Below the pieces are notes generated by a model that was not told the origin of the DNA, made no database searches, and saw nothing but the letters and a program-made list of their open reading frames with translations. Positions 11,304 through 24,408 of a stretch of 64,000 nt of DNA are shown here, in pieces. Position 1 is the first letter of the stretch. Each line of letters begins with the position of its first letter. Made by a program: the position numbers and the translations under genes. This DNA comes from Pseudovirgaria hyperparasitica. Its lineage: Eukaryota. The DNA is taken from assembly GCA_010093815.1 (NCBI GenBank), contig ML996588.1. One strand, given 5' to 3'.

Positions 11304-13826
11304 CTATGCAGTTGCCGTTAGACCACCCTCGATTGGTCCGTAGTGTGCTTGCGGGTCTGGGACAGCAAGGTTAATACGTGCAGTCTGATGTTCCATGGGC
11401 ATCGCTTACCTGGATAACCCTGAGCTAGGAAGTTGGTCTTTGGGTTCTTCGTTGCCTTTGCGGCAGAGCATCGTGCCATGGTCGGCGAGCTGAAGACATG
11501 TTAGCCATACTAGCCTGATCTCGTATAGGGAGAAGGAGGACTCACTTTCTCGATATGGCGTCTGTAAAGTAAAAGTTCTCGATGGGCTTCTTGAAAGGGG
11601 TGTTGCCAGTCTTGGCACCCTTGTTCATATCGACGAGCTGGACCTTGCTCAGTGCTCCTACGGTTTCACTTGGCTTCTCGACCACGTCGTACATCCGCAG
11701 CGCAGGGGAAATCTCCTCCATGCGATCCCTCAAGGCCTCGATGTCATCGTAAGGTAGGGGAGCACCAAGGAACTCGGAAGCTGCGCGGATAATCTTCCAG
11801 TCATCACGAGCTGCACCAGGGAGAGAAACAGCATTTCGAGTAACTTGCACACGCCCCTCGGTGTTGACGTAGGTAACAGACTTCTCTGTATAGGCAGCCG
11901 CAGGAAGGACGACGTCGGCGAGTTGAGCACCCTTGTCACCGTGGTGGCCTTGGTAGATGACGAATGCGTCCTTGGGGATGTCGGCCTCGCTGATCCCGTC
12001 AGCACCAAGCAGCCAAATAACCTTAGCCTTGGTGTTGGCGACCTCAGCTGATGGGACAGCAAATCCGACTTCATATGCACCCGTGCGAGATGCATCACGC
12101 TGCAGGATGTTGTAGCCATTCCACTCCGGAGTCAAGAAGTTGGCTTTGCTCTTCTCGACGAACGAGCCGACCGTCTCGAAGATGGCCTTTGCGTCCGGAT
12201 GCTCAACAGCAGCACTTCCGACAATAATCATAGGGTTCTTGGCCGACTGCAGCTTCTTGCCAAAGGGTCCCGACAGCACAGACTTGATGTCTGCGGCATT
12301 CGAGCCAAGGTTCTCATAATCGAATGTGCTCTCGAAATCCTCTCCTACAAGCCCGACTTCAAGATCCGATCGTAGCCATTGCTTTCGGATGCGAGCGTTC
12401 AGGACGGCTGCCTCGTGCCTCGGGTTTGTGCCAATCAGTAGTATCGCATCGGCCTCTTCAACACCGGTGATCTTCGAATTGAAGACGTAGTTGGATCGGA
12501 CGTCGATTCCGTGAGCTGGCGGTTGGCTGCCTTGAACGTAATCCTGGGCCAGATTTTCAGATCCTAGCTTGTTGACCAGGTCCTTCATCGCCACAAGTGC
12601 TTCGGTCTCGACCAGTTGCCCAGCAATAGCCTTGAACTCGTGGCCCTTTGGTGACAACTGCTGGAACTTGTCGCTAATCTCAACCAGCGCTTGCTCCCAT
12701 GTGGCCGGGAGGAACTGGTCGTCCCGTCGAATGAGCGGGTTCGTCAGTCTCTGAGTGCTGAGCGCGTCGCAAGCGAATCTTGATTTGTCGTCAATCCATT
12801 CCTCGTTGATATCATCATTCAGTCGTGGGAGAATCCTAAGCACTTGCATGCCTCTTGCGTCAACCCGGATGTTTGAGCCGAGACCGTTCATTACGTCTAT
12901 TGTTTCCGTGTGATATAGCTCCCATGGACGAGCCTTGAACGCGTATGGTTTTGAAGTAAGGGCGCCGACAGGACAGAGATCAATGACGTTGCCGGAGAGT
13001 TCGGTATCGAGGGCGGTTTCGAGATAGGTTCCAATCTGCAGGTCGTTTCCACGGCCGGTAGAGCCGAGCTCGGGAGCACCAGCGATGTCATTTGCGAACC
13101 GAACACACCTCGTGCAGTGGATACATCTGTTCATAGAAGTCTGCACATTGTCAGCAGGGATTTTGATAGCCTTGAAGAAAGTATGTATACCTTCACGAGA
13201 GGCCCGATGTTCTTGTCTTCGACCGCGCGCTTGCCGCCGATTTCGTGGAAACGCCCTCTGTCCGCTCCGTACCGCATGGATTGATCTTGCAAATCACACT
13301 CTCCTCCCTGGTCGCAGATGGGACAGTCGAGAGGGTGATTGGCGAGTAGGAACTCCATGACACCTTCCCTAGCTTTGTGTGTGAGAGGAGAGTTCGTCTT
13401 GACGACCATGCCTGGCTGTACGGGCCAGGCGCAGGATGCGACAGGCTTCGGCGCTCTCTCGACCTCCACCAGACACATTCTGCAGTTACCGGCAATCATG
13501 AGCTTCTCGTGGTAGCAGTATCTCGGGACTGTCACCCCCGCCTTCTCGCAAGCCTGGATCAGCGCGGAGCCAGCTGTTATATGGGTCATCAGAGGAGGTT
13601 CGGGGGAATCACAGGTCGGTCAATTGTTCTCGTACCTTCTATCGACACTTTCTTGCCATCTACAGGTCGGATTAGCTGGGTCGGGGAAGCTTGGAGGAGG
13701 TGACATACCGATTGTGAGCTCGACCTCTGCAGGCCGGGGAGCCGACGCAGCAAATGCCCGGGAGCCATTGAGGCACGTCGGTCGCTGAGGCCTCTTGAGC
13801 GACCGGATCAAATGCTGCCGCAGCAT
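11304..13826 (-). CDS. NDUFS1: Mitochondrial complex I 78/75 kDa Fe-S subunit; introns 13660-13708, 13574-13635, 13141-13190, 11490-11545, 11357-11409
   Basis: Presequence, [50 protein letters not shown] and DLCPVGAL. Five GT-AG introns give a continuous frame ending [18 protein letters not shown]...LTATA*. Confidence 0.96.
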
Positions 13827-14390
13827 TTTTGGGGGATGAGTGGAGTTTAGGTCGAAGTCGTGAGGTCGTGAAGGAGGCGACTTTCATTGACGTTGAAGAG
13901 TCGTGAGGGCTTGGCACGCAGATCTGACCAATGCGGAAAACGCAGCTTTTGATTCGCCGAGGGGCTTGAGGTTGGAACGACAGACAGAGTGAAAGACGGA
14001 GCGCGAATTGCTTCGACCAAAGTCAGTGTCTTCAATTGGCCTCTATCGACTCATTTCAGACTTGGCTATGACTGAATCTTTCATTGTAACCTTCGAAGAT
14101 GCGGACCGACTTAGCTGCAAGTCTCTACAGATAGCTTTAAGATGAGAGGCTTCATGCACGGTATCATTCAATCACTTGTAACTCGTCCGAAACATGCATC
14201 TCACGCTCTCGTTTTCAAAGTTAAGACTAGCAGCTTACGTAGTGTAGATACTACCCGTAAGTCAAGAGACACACAGCACCCAGAGCCTCGTGCATGGTTC
14301 TCACTAAAAGTGATTAACCCATTCATTCTTGATTCTTGTTGTAGATTGACGTCTCTCCGATGACCACTCATCCATATTCCATATATATGG

Positions 14391-14391
<1 letters not shown>

Positions 14392-14424
<33 letters not shown>
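14392..14424. repeat. (TG)n microsatellite
   Basis: About 16 perfect TG units. Confidence 0.95.
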
Positions 14425-14425
<1 letters not shown>

Positions 14426-15164
14426 TGCCTAGCCCACACTACATGCGATATAAAATATGCGTAATCTGGCCGGTCTAGTCTTCACATGGACTTGTAAACC
14501 TTTGGTATCTTCATCTGATACTGCCCCTTCGGCCTCGTGTCTTGTTTATTCACGGTAATAGACAGTGTCTACCTCAGTCCAGACAGGCACACACCAAGCA
14601 AAACAGCTTCCAATCACAGCTTCCAATCACAGCATCCAATCTCAGCACACGAACGAATCGATCCCTTTATACCCAAACCCAGACCCCGATAAGCCCCCAG
14701 GGCAGGCAACCTGAGCTGTCCAAGGATAATCTGAACGATTCAACCCGCCCCTTCAAGCCAGCCGTTCTATGTACTATTACTACTAGGGAAGAGAGGAGAG
14801 GAGAGGAGAGGAGAGGAAGGCAGACGTTCGACAGTCAAGAAGCAGCGCGTGTAGGACATTCAATCTATAATTAGTCTATGAACTCGGCCGCGGACAAGCT
14901 GGTTCGAGCAAGGACGGACACAAGCGGTGCTTGTACATCCATGGGTTGACTTCGTCTCTCCTCCAACATAACTCCAAACCTCTGATATATAAAATCCATA
15001 CCCCTCCCAAACCGGGCGGAGCACGGCGGAAGTCATCGGCGTCCCGCCGGCCGGATCGATAACTGAATATAATAGCTATCCTTATGCACCGCCCCCCCCT
15101 TGGGCTGGTACACTACAACGAACCGTTAGTCTACCTAAATATTTTTCTTATCTTGGAAGATAAC

Positions 15165-15462
15165 AATGATAAGTAAATAAACGAGTAAATAAACAAATAA
15201 ACAAACAGGTAAACAAATAGATAAATAAACGACTATTAGGTAAACAAAGGAATAACAAATAAATAAATAAATAAATAGTGGTAAATGATAAACAATGGGT
15301 AATAAACAAGAATAATTAAACAATAAACGACGATAAAGTACTACTAATGGAATGAACAATGGACAATGGATAATGGATAATAGCCATTAAAATGATAATA
15401 ATAAATTAATAATAATAAACACCTGTCCGTTCGTTAGTTAATTAGTTAGTTAGTTAGTTAAT
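15165..15462. repeat. AT-rich low-complexity tract (AAAT/AAAC, AATGGA(C/T), TTAG units)
   Basis: Degenerate tetra- and heptanucleotide repeats in intergenic DNA. Confidence 0.7.
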
Positions 15463-16427
15463 AGAGAGTCTACGCAAATTACTATCATCATCACAAGCAA
15501 GGCCGGTTCGATCGATCGAATGAAGAAGAAGAAATATGAATAGAGTAAAAGTTATTCTTGTTCGTAGTAGAGTAGTAGTAGAGTGATAGTACTAGTGGTG
15601 GTAGTGGTAGTGCTAGTAGTAGTGGTGGTGGTGGTGGAACATGCATGGGAGCAAGGGAAAAAAAAAGAAACAAACAAGCCGGGTCAAGGCATCTTTGGTA
15701 GAAACATACATACAGGCAGCGTCGTCCGGCCGGTAAAAGGACTACAGACGACTCTTTCCTCCACATCCCTCCTTCCGTCAATCAAGACACCTCATAAACG
15801 CCGCATAAGATGCAGAAACAAAAGCAAAAAAAAGGAAAAATCGAAACTGCTTTTCCCTTTCATTAAGCAGCCAGTTCACACTAACAGTAATCCCCCCGGG
15901 TACGGCCGCTCCCCGATATCCCCTCCCCCAACCCCCTTCCCTTCTCATCATAAAATTAAGGCGGCCTTTGCTGGTGTGTCCCCCGGGATCTGCTGGGTTG
16001 TGATAAAAGATACTGGCAGGAGTATAGTAGTGTGGCAAGGTAGTATGCGGTAGGTCAATCCTGGACGTACGACAAATATATATTCGGCGAGAAATACGTC
16101 GCGCCGGAAGCCGGGTGATTTGGGCCGTAGAGGCGGACAAGAACGTAGGTGTGTTGTCTGCTGGTGAGACGCAGTGGAGTTTTGGATAGACAGGGACATG
16201 TACGCCCAACCGGGAACGCCAGGTAAATGTTGTAGTCCAAGAGGGCATCTGTGAGCCTTGTGTGGTTGTGTGTGCTCGTGTGTGTGTTGGTGTGAAAATC
16301 GTGCAGAGGGATGCATATCGTCTATGGGGAAAATGTCGCAAAAAAACAATTGGCAAAATACATCGTGACCTCACTCGAGCGAGGGTGTGTGTGAGAGAGA
16401 GAGAGAGAGAGGGGGGTCGAAAAAGGT

Positions 16428-18637
16428 TCAGTCGGAGCGTTCGTGTTTGATCGGGTGCAGCAGCGCGGGCATGAGACATAGCCGACCGCTTCCCTCCTTC
16501 TCTTCTGCCGCGCCGCCCTCGTTGTTCTCCTTTGAGCCAAGCCATCTCCTCCAGAGAGCAGAGGAGAAGCCACTGTTGTAGTAGAAGGTGCTGCCCTCGT
16601 GATTGTGCTCCCCGAAGCCAAAGACTGACTCAGATGGGGTCGGCGGAAAGTTGAAGGTGTTGTCGAGCACATTCAATGGCCATTCGCGGTCGAAGAAGAT
16701 GGGATGCGGGACGTAGGCCGCCTTGAAACCGTGATGAAAGGCAACAGTTGGTGGCCACATCTCCGGGAACATGTGATGCCTCATCCGGAACTCCTCCTCA
16801 TGAGCGTATTCCAGCAGCTTCCTCGACAGACGAGAGACTGTGATGATGGACGTGCGGCGAGGAGGTGGGGGTAACGACAGATTGTAGCCAGTAACGTCGT
16901 TGCGGAAGACCCAGTTGGTCTTGAGAGGATCAAAAAGAGGGTTGAATGTGAGCAAATCAGCCTCTTCTCCAACGCCCCACTCGTAGTTGTCATGCTCATA
17001 CGAGTGAGGTGGCGAGCTTTCCAAAGGATGGTCGAGCATTCCCGAGTTCTCAAAATTCACCGGGCCCCAGATGGGCTTCTCGCCGCTGTCTTCAATCTCC
17101 TTCTCGACAAGATCCCTAAAGTCTCTCCACGAGCCATGCTTGCGGGGAATGTAGTATTTGGCACTGCGCTCCCACAAGCCCTTGCGTGGCTGGTCCTTGG
17201 CCCAGTTGATGATACCCTGGTTGAGCTCGTAGTTGTGCCCGGTAAAGCGGAGATCCATCTCCCAGTTCCAGAAGAAGTCGTACTCGGGATGCTCGTGCGC
17301 AAAGACTTGGAGCGGAAGATGAGCACCCCGGTAGACACCATGAATCGGCTGCTTCGAGTCATTCTCAATATTCCACTCGAACGGACCGGGGTAGATGGTC
17401 TCCATCTGCTTCTCGGACCACAGGCTTGCAATGCCCCAGAACTCTTCGGGTACGTTTGCTCGCAGGGTGGTCTCGTAGACTTCGTCCGAGGCCCAGATGG
17501 GAATGTTGTTGTCCTTGACGTGCACAAGCAGATGGACATCGTACTCGCCACCACTCTTGATGCTGAGCTCGCTAATCATGGCACGCAGCGACATGATCTG
17601 CCACGGCGAGTAATCGTAGCCCGTCCAGGCACGGAGGATAAAGGCTTGACGAGTGGACATTTTCTTGTTGGGAGCAGCCTTGGAGCCGTCAGGCATGACG
17701 GCGTCCTTGGAGAAGCGAATCTTGTTCCTTTCGTAGCACCTCTTCTGGGCCTTGCCCCAGTCAATGCCGCGCCAATCTATCGGACTGCCCATTTGGCTCC
17801 ACAGCTTCTCGACAACGCCATTCTTTTCGGAATTGTCAGCAAGACCGAAGCCACCAAGTTCAGGAGGATAGCCATAGCCGTAGGGGGCAAGTCTGCCAAA
17901 GCGATCAAAACAGTTTTTCTTGGTGAAACCGAGCAGCTGGTGAGAGCCGAAGAAGGGCTCGGTCATGTTCTGTGGCAGGCCAGGATAGGCGTAGATGTCT
18001 GGAGCCTCGAGTGTGTTTTGCGGGTCGAGGTAGCATTTCTGAACGGGCTGGTTGTCTTTGAGATATTCGGCAGACTCGTAATCAGGGTATGGAATGTAAG
18101 GAGCAGGATCGAGTGGTGGAGGATCCGAGGGATCGATCTTGTTCAGAGTGGGAATGGAGGAAGGCAGAGGAGGTGAATCGGGGCCGATGAACCTGTCCTT
18201 GAATGACTGCTCTGACACAAATTCGTTGTAGGGGACCAGGGTGCGAATGCCGTTGTAGAAGCCATTCAGTCTGCAGTGCAACGCGTCAGAAGGGGCAGTT
18301 CAGTCGAGCTTTAAAAGGAAGAGACTCACCTGGGATAGCGTTGCCAGCGGAACGGACCTCGCGGTCTCCTCTCGATAAACAGAGTCTGACCGTGTCTCCA
18401 GAAGCCTCCAAACAGCAGCGTTGCGCACATGAAAGTGAGGACGAGGTAGAACAAGAGGCGAGTAAAGGTCAGCCTAGGCATATGGAAGCGTCCCTTCCGG
18501 CTGGGCGAGGCACTCCATCGCGGCAGAGGAGAAGATTTTAGAGAGTCGAGAGGCACCTTTTCGTGGTCGACCTTTGACTTGGCCGTCAGAAGATTACCGG
18601 GATTTAACTTGCTGAAACGCGATGTTAAAGAGACCAT
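16428..18637 (-). CDS. DUF3405 family type II membrane protein; intron 18271-18329
   Basis: N-terminal TM segment (LLFYLVLTFMCATLLFGGFW). WQRYPR|LNGFYNG is joined across GTGAGT..CAG. Motifs CFDRFGRLAPYG, YDVHLLVHVKD, YDFFWNWEMDLRFTGH and LLHPIK. Confidence 0.88.
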
Positions 18638-19732
18638 GATTGCGATATATGAAATTATTTTATTTTCTTTTTGGGAAAAGCTCAGATCAGCATCACCGAA
18701 AATGCAGCGCGTTGGCCAGAAGGAAGTGGTAGTAGTAGGGTTGTTCTCTGGGAATGGGCGCAGGGAGCGCGACGTGCTTTTTTTTGAAAAGACCAGCGAA
18801 GGAGAAAGAAAAGAGACTAGTCCAGTATTAAGTATGCTGAGGAGGAGAGTGGCGGTGCGCGCGACAGCAAGGCCTGGTGGGTGTGGAGGACGAGTGGGAG
18901 TCGGCAGAGTCGGAGAGAGAGAATATAACGAGTGAAGAGTCGGTAGAGGAGGGTTCGGCGAGAGAAGTGTCTGTCGGAAGAGGAGTGAGAGATGGATTGA
19001 GAGGGAGAGAGTGTTGTGATTAGGGAAGCTGGGCGGAAGGAGTAAGAAAAAGAGCACCTGAGGCAGCTTTTGGAGGCAGCTGTGCGAGGGGACCTAAGGG
19101 GTGTTGCAACAGAAACGGGGGCGGGTCAACGGGGGCAGTAGTCAGTAATTAGTAGAGGAGTAGTAGTCGGAGTAGTCGTAGTAGTAGTGGGCTGTCCTCG
19201 GCGGTTCTTTTGGGGGGGAAGAGTGGGCAGTGTGGGCAGCTAACGGGCGCGCTGTCAGGGAGCAGTAAAGTGGTAGAGTGCAAACAAGTATTATTATTAC
19301 AATTGCTTGATTATTACGTTCCAAACAAATGCGTCTGATTCGCTGATACAACGTAGATTTTAGTATCTTGTCTAGCATGCCCCTTGACAAAGACATGACT
19401 CATCGGGTAGTAGTACGGTGTAAGTTGTAATAAAAGGCTACTCTGAGCCTAGCAGCTGTCCAATCTCCAATCTCCAATCTTACGGTGGGACCTGACAGGA
19501 AAGTGAGGAAGCACCGAGAAGGGGGAGAAAGTGGACAGAGCGACAGAGCAACAATGAGCGTCAGGGGGCAATGGGAGATTTGGGAAGGCGCGAGTGGGAC
19601 TTGCTCCACCGTCCCGTCCACACTTGGTTAGTATCATATCGATTCAAATGCTCTGATTGGTAATCGGACAGTGCGCCTGCTTTATGATGGCTATAAGTTA
19701 TATTACTTTGTGCCATTCCCGCATCTGCACTT

Positions 19733-19770
19733 GCCACCTGCCACCTGCCACCTGCCACCTGCCACCTGCC
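19733..19770. repeat. (GCCACCT)n tandem repeat
   Basis: About 5 units of a 7-mer. Confidence 0.9.
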
Positions 19771-21040
19771 TGATGATACATGTAATAGCTTTAGGAAGGT
19801 ACTCATCACTCACTGTCTACACTTCAATGGGACTGACTGACTGACTAACCTCGGACTGCTACTTACTACCACTACTACACTCCTCCTACACTATCCCACT
19901 CTACACCTCTACATATATCCATCTATACATCTATACATCCCTTCATATACAAGTACTCTATCGGCAGCCCTCGACTGTTCGGCAATCACCCTTCGGATCA
20001 CTGCAGACTAGGGTATCTGCCCCGATATTTATTGATTTCTATCCAGCCAGCCAGCCAGCCCAGCAGCTCCGTCTTTGATGCAAAGAAAAGATAACAATCA
20101 CTTGTCCTATCCGCTTGGCAAACCCACTTGTCCACGGGCCCTCATTCCCCATGCCCCGTTGCTAACCTAGTATGGGTATGATACAGTAGTACTAATCTAC
20201 GATTCGCAATCAATTTTATTCCCTACTGAGAAGACGCCATATCACGGCCTGCCCGCCTACCTGCACGATAATTATTACAGGTACCATAGACATCGAGTGC
20301 ACTCTCTACTGCCTGCTAACAAGTAGCCCCCTCACAGCACCACTCGAAATGTACACCGGATAATCCTCATAATCCTATCCCCATCTCCTGAAAATGGGTC
20401 TTTTTTTTTGGCCGCTAGTCCGGCAGATAGCGTCCACTCCCAATCTACACTAGCGCTTAACGCCTCCATATCGAACTTGAATCATCGCCTCCGCCTCCTC
20501 TGCCACTTTGTACTTGCTGTACTTTGTAACGTCGTGCTGATACGAAGCGTAACATCAAACCAAATCGTATCTCGTAACGATTTCACCACTCCATCGTCCT
20601 TCTAGAACCATCTTCAGGACCGACTGTTCCTTCTACCTGTCTTGTCTATATCTATACTCCTCAGCATGCACGACATGAATCATTCGAATCTACATGAAGC
20701 AGATCTGCACCTGCACCATCAACCTCCTGTCCTAATTACAACATCCCCTGCCTATCTGTCTGTCTGTCTGTCTGCCTGCCTCTGTCGCACGTCGTCGCAC
20801 GTTGTCGCACGTATGCCATGTCCGACCACCATAGAACGTCCCGAGCACCGTCTTTACATGCCCATGTGCCCTCCTCATCTAAAACCCCGGCGCATCTACT
20901 TCCTAAATAATCAATTAATTAATTAATTAACATATTACCTACTAAGTTAACGTACCCACTAATGAGCCAACCTACTAATAAACCACGTGATTTGAGTACG
21001 CGTCTACACGCGTACTTAATCTTTAATCTTAAAATACTTA

Positions 21041-22055
21041 ATAACCACGCCTCCTCTACCTTCTTATAATACCTTATTTAGAAGATAATCTCTTAACGGC
21101 TATTTACTATTACTATTATTATCCCTATATATTAATCTAGGCCGTAGCTACCGCCCATAGTATCCTATACTCTACTCTTTAAAAACGCCTTAATAGATAG
21201 TAAGGCTCGCGCTAAGTAACTAATTATTACCTTTAAATACTATCTCCTAATTAAGAGAAGAACCTATATAATTAGATAATCTACTTAGATTAGATACGGA
21301 TGGCCCCAAGCCACGTAATTATCTATAATATAGTAATTAAAATCACGGCTATATCTAGAGAAATAGTTAAATTAGATAAGAGATAGATTATAAAGTTTCT
21401 AATATAGAATACACGTGTTAAAATACTCCTTAGTAAGGCCCTTAATAAGGAACGGGTATAGGCCGCTATCTATAATATAATTAACGCGTTCTACACGTTA
21501 TATGATTAGATCTACTCCGAATTCGATATCCCGCCTAATTACCGTTAGAATATAGACGAATAAGATATAGCCTAAGGGGTTATAACTAATTAATACCGTG
21601 TAGGAGAGATAGGAGTTAATTCTAAGCGTAAAAATATATATATTCGGGGTTCTACCGATCGCGAATAGGCCTTAATTATAGAGTATATATCCGTAATAGA
21701 ATAGAAGCTTTATTCTATGATTATATTTAAAGGGAAGATAATTTAGACTACGTGGTTCCCGGATAATCCTCCTAATTAGATATATATAGTATCTCTATAT
21801 AGTTAGATATTAAATTAGATTACTCTAAAGTAGCTATAGAGTATATTTATACTAGAGATAAAGGTTCTAGAAGGAAAGTAGAGACTTCTATTAGTTAACG
21901 GCTATAGAAGCTATATAGAGATTAACTTCGCGTATATATACTAGGTAAATAGAATCTATATAGTCTATTTACCTACTTATACTAGCTATATACTATAGCT
22001 ACTCGACTTAGGTTATTTTTCTAGTCTAAAGAGAAAATATCGTAACCTCCTTAAC
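21041..22055 (+). pseudogene. pogo DDE_1 transposase, N-terminal and catalytic part, RIP-inactivated
   Basis: RIP-corrected motifs NMDE (~21549), RLLLVDGHGSH (~21882) and YLPAHTSHVLQPLDLGCFSSLKRKYR (~21965-22043). Confidence 0.85.
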
Positions 22056-24268
22056 GAATTTATAAGAATAGGGTTATTAGATAGTAGTGTAGTTAGATAG
22101 AATAATAGGGTGTATTCTATTATAGAACGAATTACTATCGAACCCTTTTAGTAGGAATCCGAGAGTATATATATAAAGGGACGCCGATCTATCTAGTATA
22201 TAACTATTTACTACCCTTTACGTTACCTTCTAACTCTATTAGCTAAGGTACGTGTTAGAACTTAGCCTTAGATAGAATCTAATCTACACGTACCTTAGCT
22301 AATAGGGTTAGAAGGTAACGTAAAGGGCGGTAAACAGTTATATACTAGATAGATTAGCGTCCCTTTATATATATACTCTTAGATTTCTACTAAAAGGGTT
22401 CGGTAGTAATTTATTCTATAATAGAATATACCCTATTATTCTATCTAACTATACTACTATCTAATAACCCTATTCTTATATTTAAATTACTCCCTATATA
22501 GTACTATAGTTAAGATAGTCTAACTAGAACTAAGAAGGTTAACATAATCTACTATAGGGATAAGTAATACTATATTAAATAATAGGGATCCTCTATAATT
22601 AGTATTAATCCTAGCCATTTCTAACTAAGAAGTAGAAATATTAGACTAAATTATAGAGCTTTTAGATGAAGAAATAGTAGATATACTAAGTAACTTCTAA
22701 TAATATAAAGCCGGATAACGAGTCGTGGCGGAGCCACGCGAGGTATTATAATAAACTATTACTAAACTTTAGAAATACGTCGCGAATTAGGCTTAAGAGA
22801 TTTAAACTCTTAAAGAATAGATAGAACGCGTGAAACTCCTTATAAAGAGACGAGAACTTAAGGAGTCTCTTAAAGAACTATACCGAACGATAGTAGGTAG
22901 ACGACTTCCTATACTAATTTAGATAGAATTAGTTTACCTACCATTAGAGTTACGATAATCTACCGTATACCTAGCCGCTTCGTTACTAATTTACTCTACT
23001 CCTTCCCTAGATATACTAAAACCTAAAGACCCGACTATATTTATAGGGAAGAACTAAAAGAAGTAGAAAGACTAGAAGAGAGACTACGAAAAGTACTTCC
23101 TTAATAACCCTCTACTCTTTTCTACTAAAGTATAACGTATTTTATTTAGAGAACGATATCTAGACTTATAATCCTACGATTAATAGAATAGATAGAAGGA
23201 AGTATAGCTACTATCTACGATAACCTAGGAATATTTAGCTATATTTATACTAAATACCCTCGGAACGGATAGAGAACGTGAAAGAAAGGTACTATCTAAG
23301 TTAAGAAGCGTGGTATAACGACCGAACTAGACACCTACTTAACTACTATAATACCTCTAAAACCTATAGAATAATATCCCTATACTATAGAAAAATATTT
23401 ATATATTCTAGTTTCGCGAAGTACTACTTCTGTTAATCCGTGAAAGACTAGAAATAGTATTATTAAGTTTTAACTATCTATATAAATTAGAGGAGAAAGC
23501 TAATAAATACTACTATATCCTTAAGGAACGCGGCTCTCTAGATAAAACCGACGAACTCTATATAGATCAGAAACGAGGTCGATTAAATATATTTAATTAA
23601 GAGTAACCTTACCGCGATTAGCGCTAGAAGAGCGTAAATCGGGGTAGAAACGCGTTAAGAGGATACTAAAATAATTAAGGCGGTGCTTCTTAACATGGAA
23701 AAGGATAAGGCATAGACTTAAATATAACGCCTATTATAAAATAGTAGGATTATAGCGTACTTCGTTACTATAAGTATAGAGAAATAGAATATATTTCGCC
23801 TAACTATAAGAATCCGAAAAAAGAATAGACTAGTACACGAGACCTAACCGCGTTCTTAGCTAAATTATATATACTTAGGAGGAGCTATAGCGCCTTCCGG
23901 CGAGTAAAGACCTAATATTACTAAAAGTATCGTTACCTATAGTAAATAGTAATAAAACTATATAGGCCCTCGTGGATACTAGTATAGAAGATAACTATAT
24001 TTTATTAATTCTTATAAAGGAGTATAGATTATCGTATAATCTCGGTAAAGTTAGCCGAACTATTATAGTTAATAGATATAAAGTTAGAACTTTAGGTAAA
24101 GCTATAACGAATTACGAAGTTCATGACTTAAAGATAATAAAATAGTAGATATCTAATAAATTTATCGTGGCTAATATTAGCTAATAGAATATGATTCTAG
24201 GGATACCTTAGCTTAGACGCCTAAACCCTATTCTTGATTTTTAGAAGAAGATATTAATATTCCGATGA

Positions 24269-24408
24269 TGTAAGGAGGCAGGCTCCATGTACCAACCAAC
24301 TATACTAAAAGGACCGAATCTTGAAGCTACTACTTCAAGGGTGGAGTACACTACTTATATACGACTACTACATACATGTATAATTAACTAGTAGGCACGT
24401 GCCTAACA
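24269..24408. mobile_element. Solo LTR, family E (140 bp), in A2
   Basis: TGTAAG...TAACA ends; TSD GATGA/GACGA; absent from the A1 counterpart (~35205); inverted copy at 37225-37365. Confidence 0.88.

Noticed and set aside
14142..16349. Multiple ORFs of 60-250 aa between NDUFS1 and DUF3405
   Set aside because: Low-complexity, microsatellite-rich intergenic or UTR sequence with no domain or codon signal.
1..18637. Secondary-metabolite or functional gene cluster
   Set aside because: The genes are unrelated housekeeping functions with no backbone enzyme.
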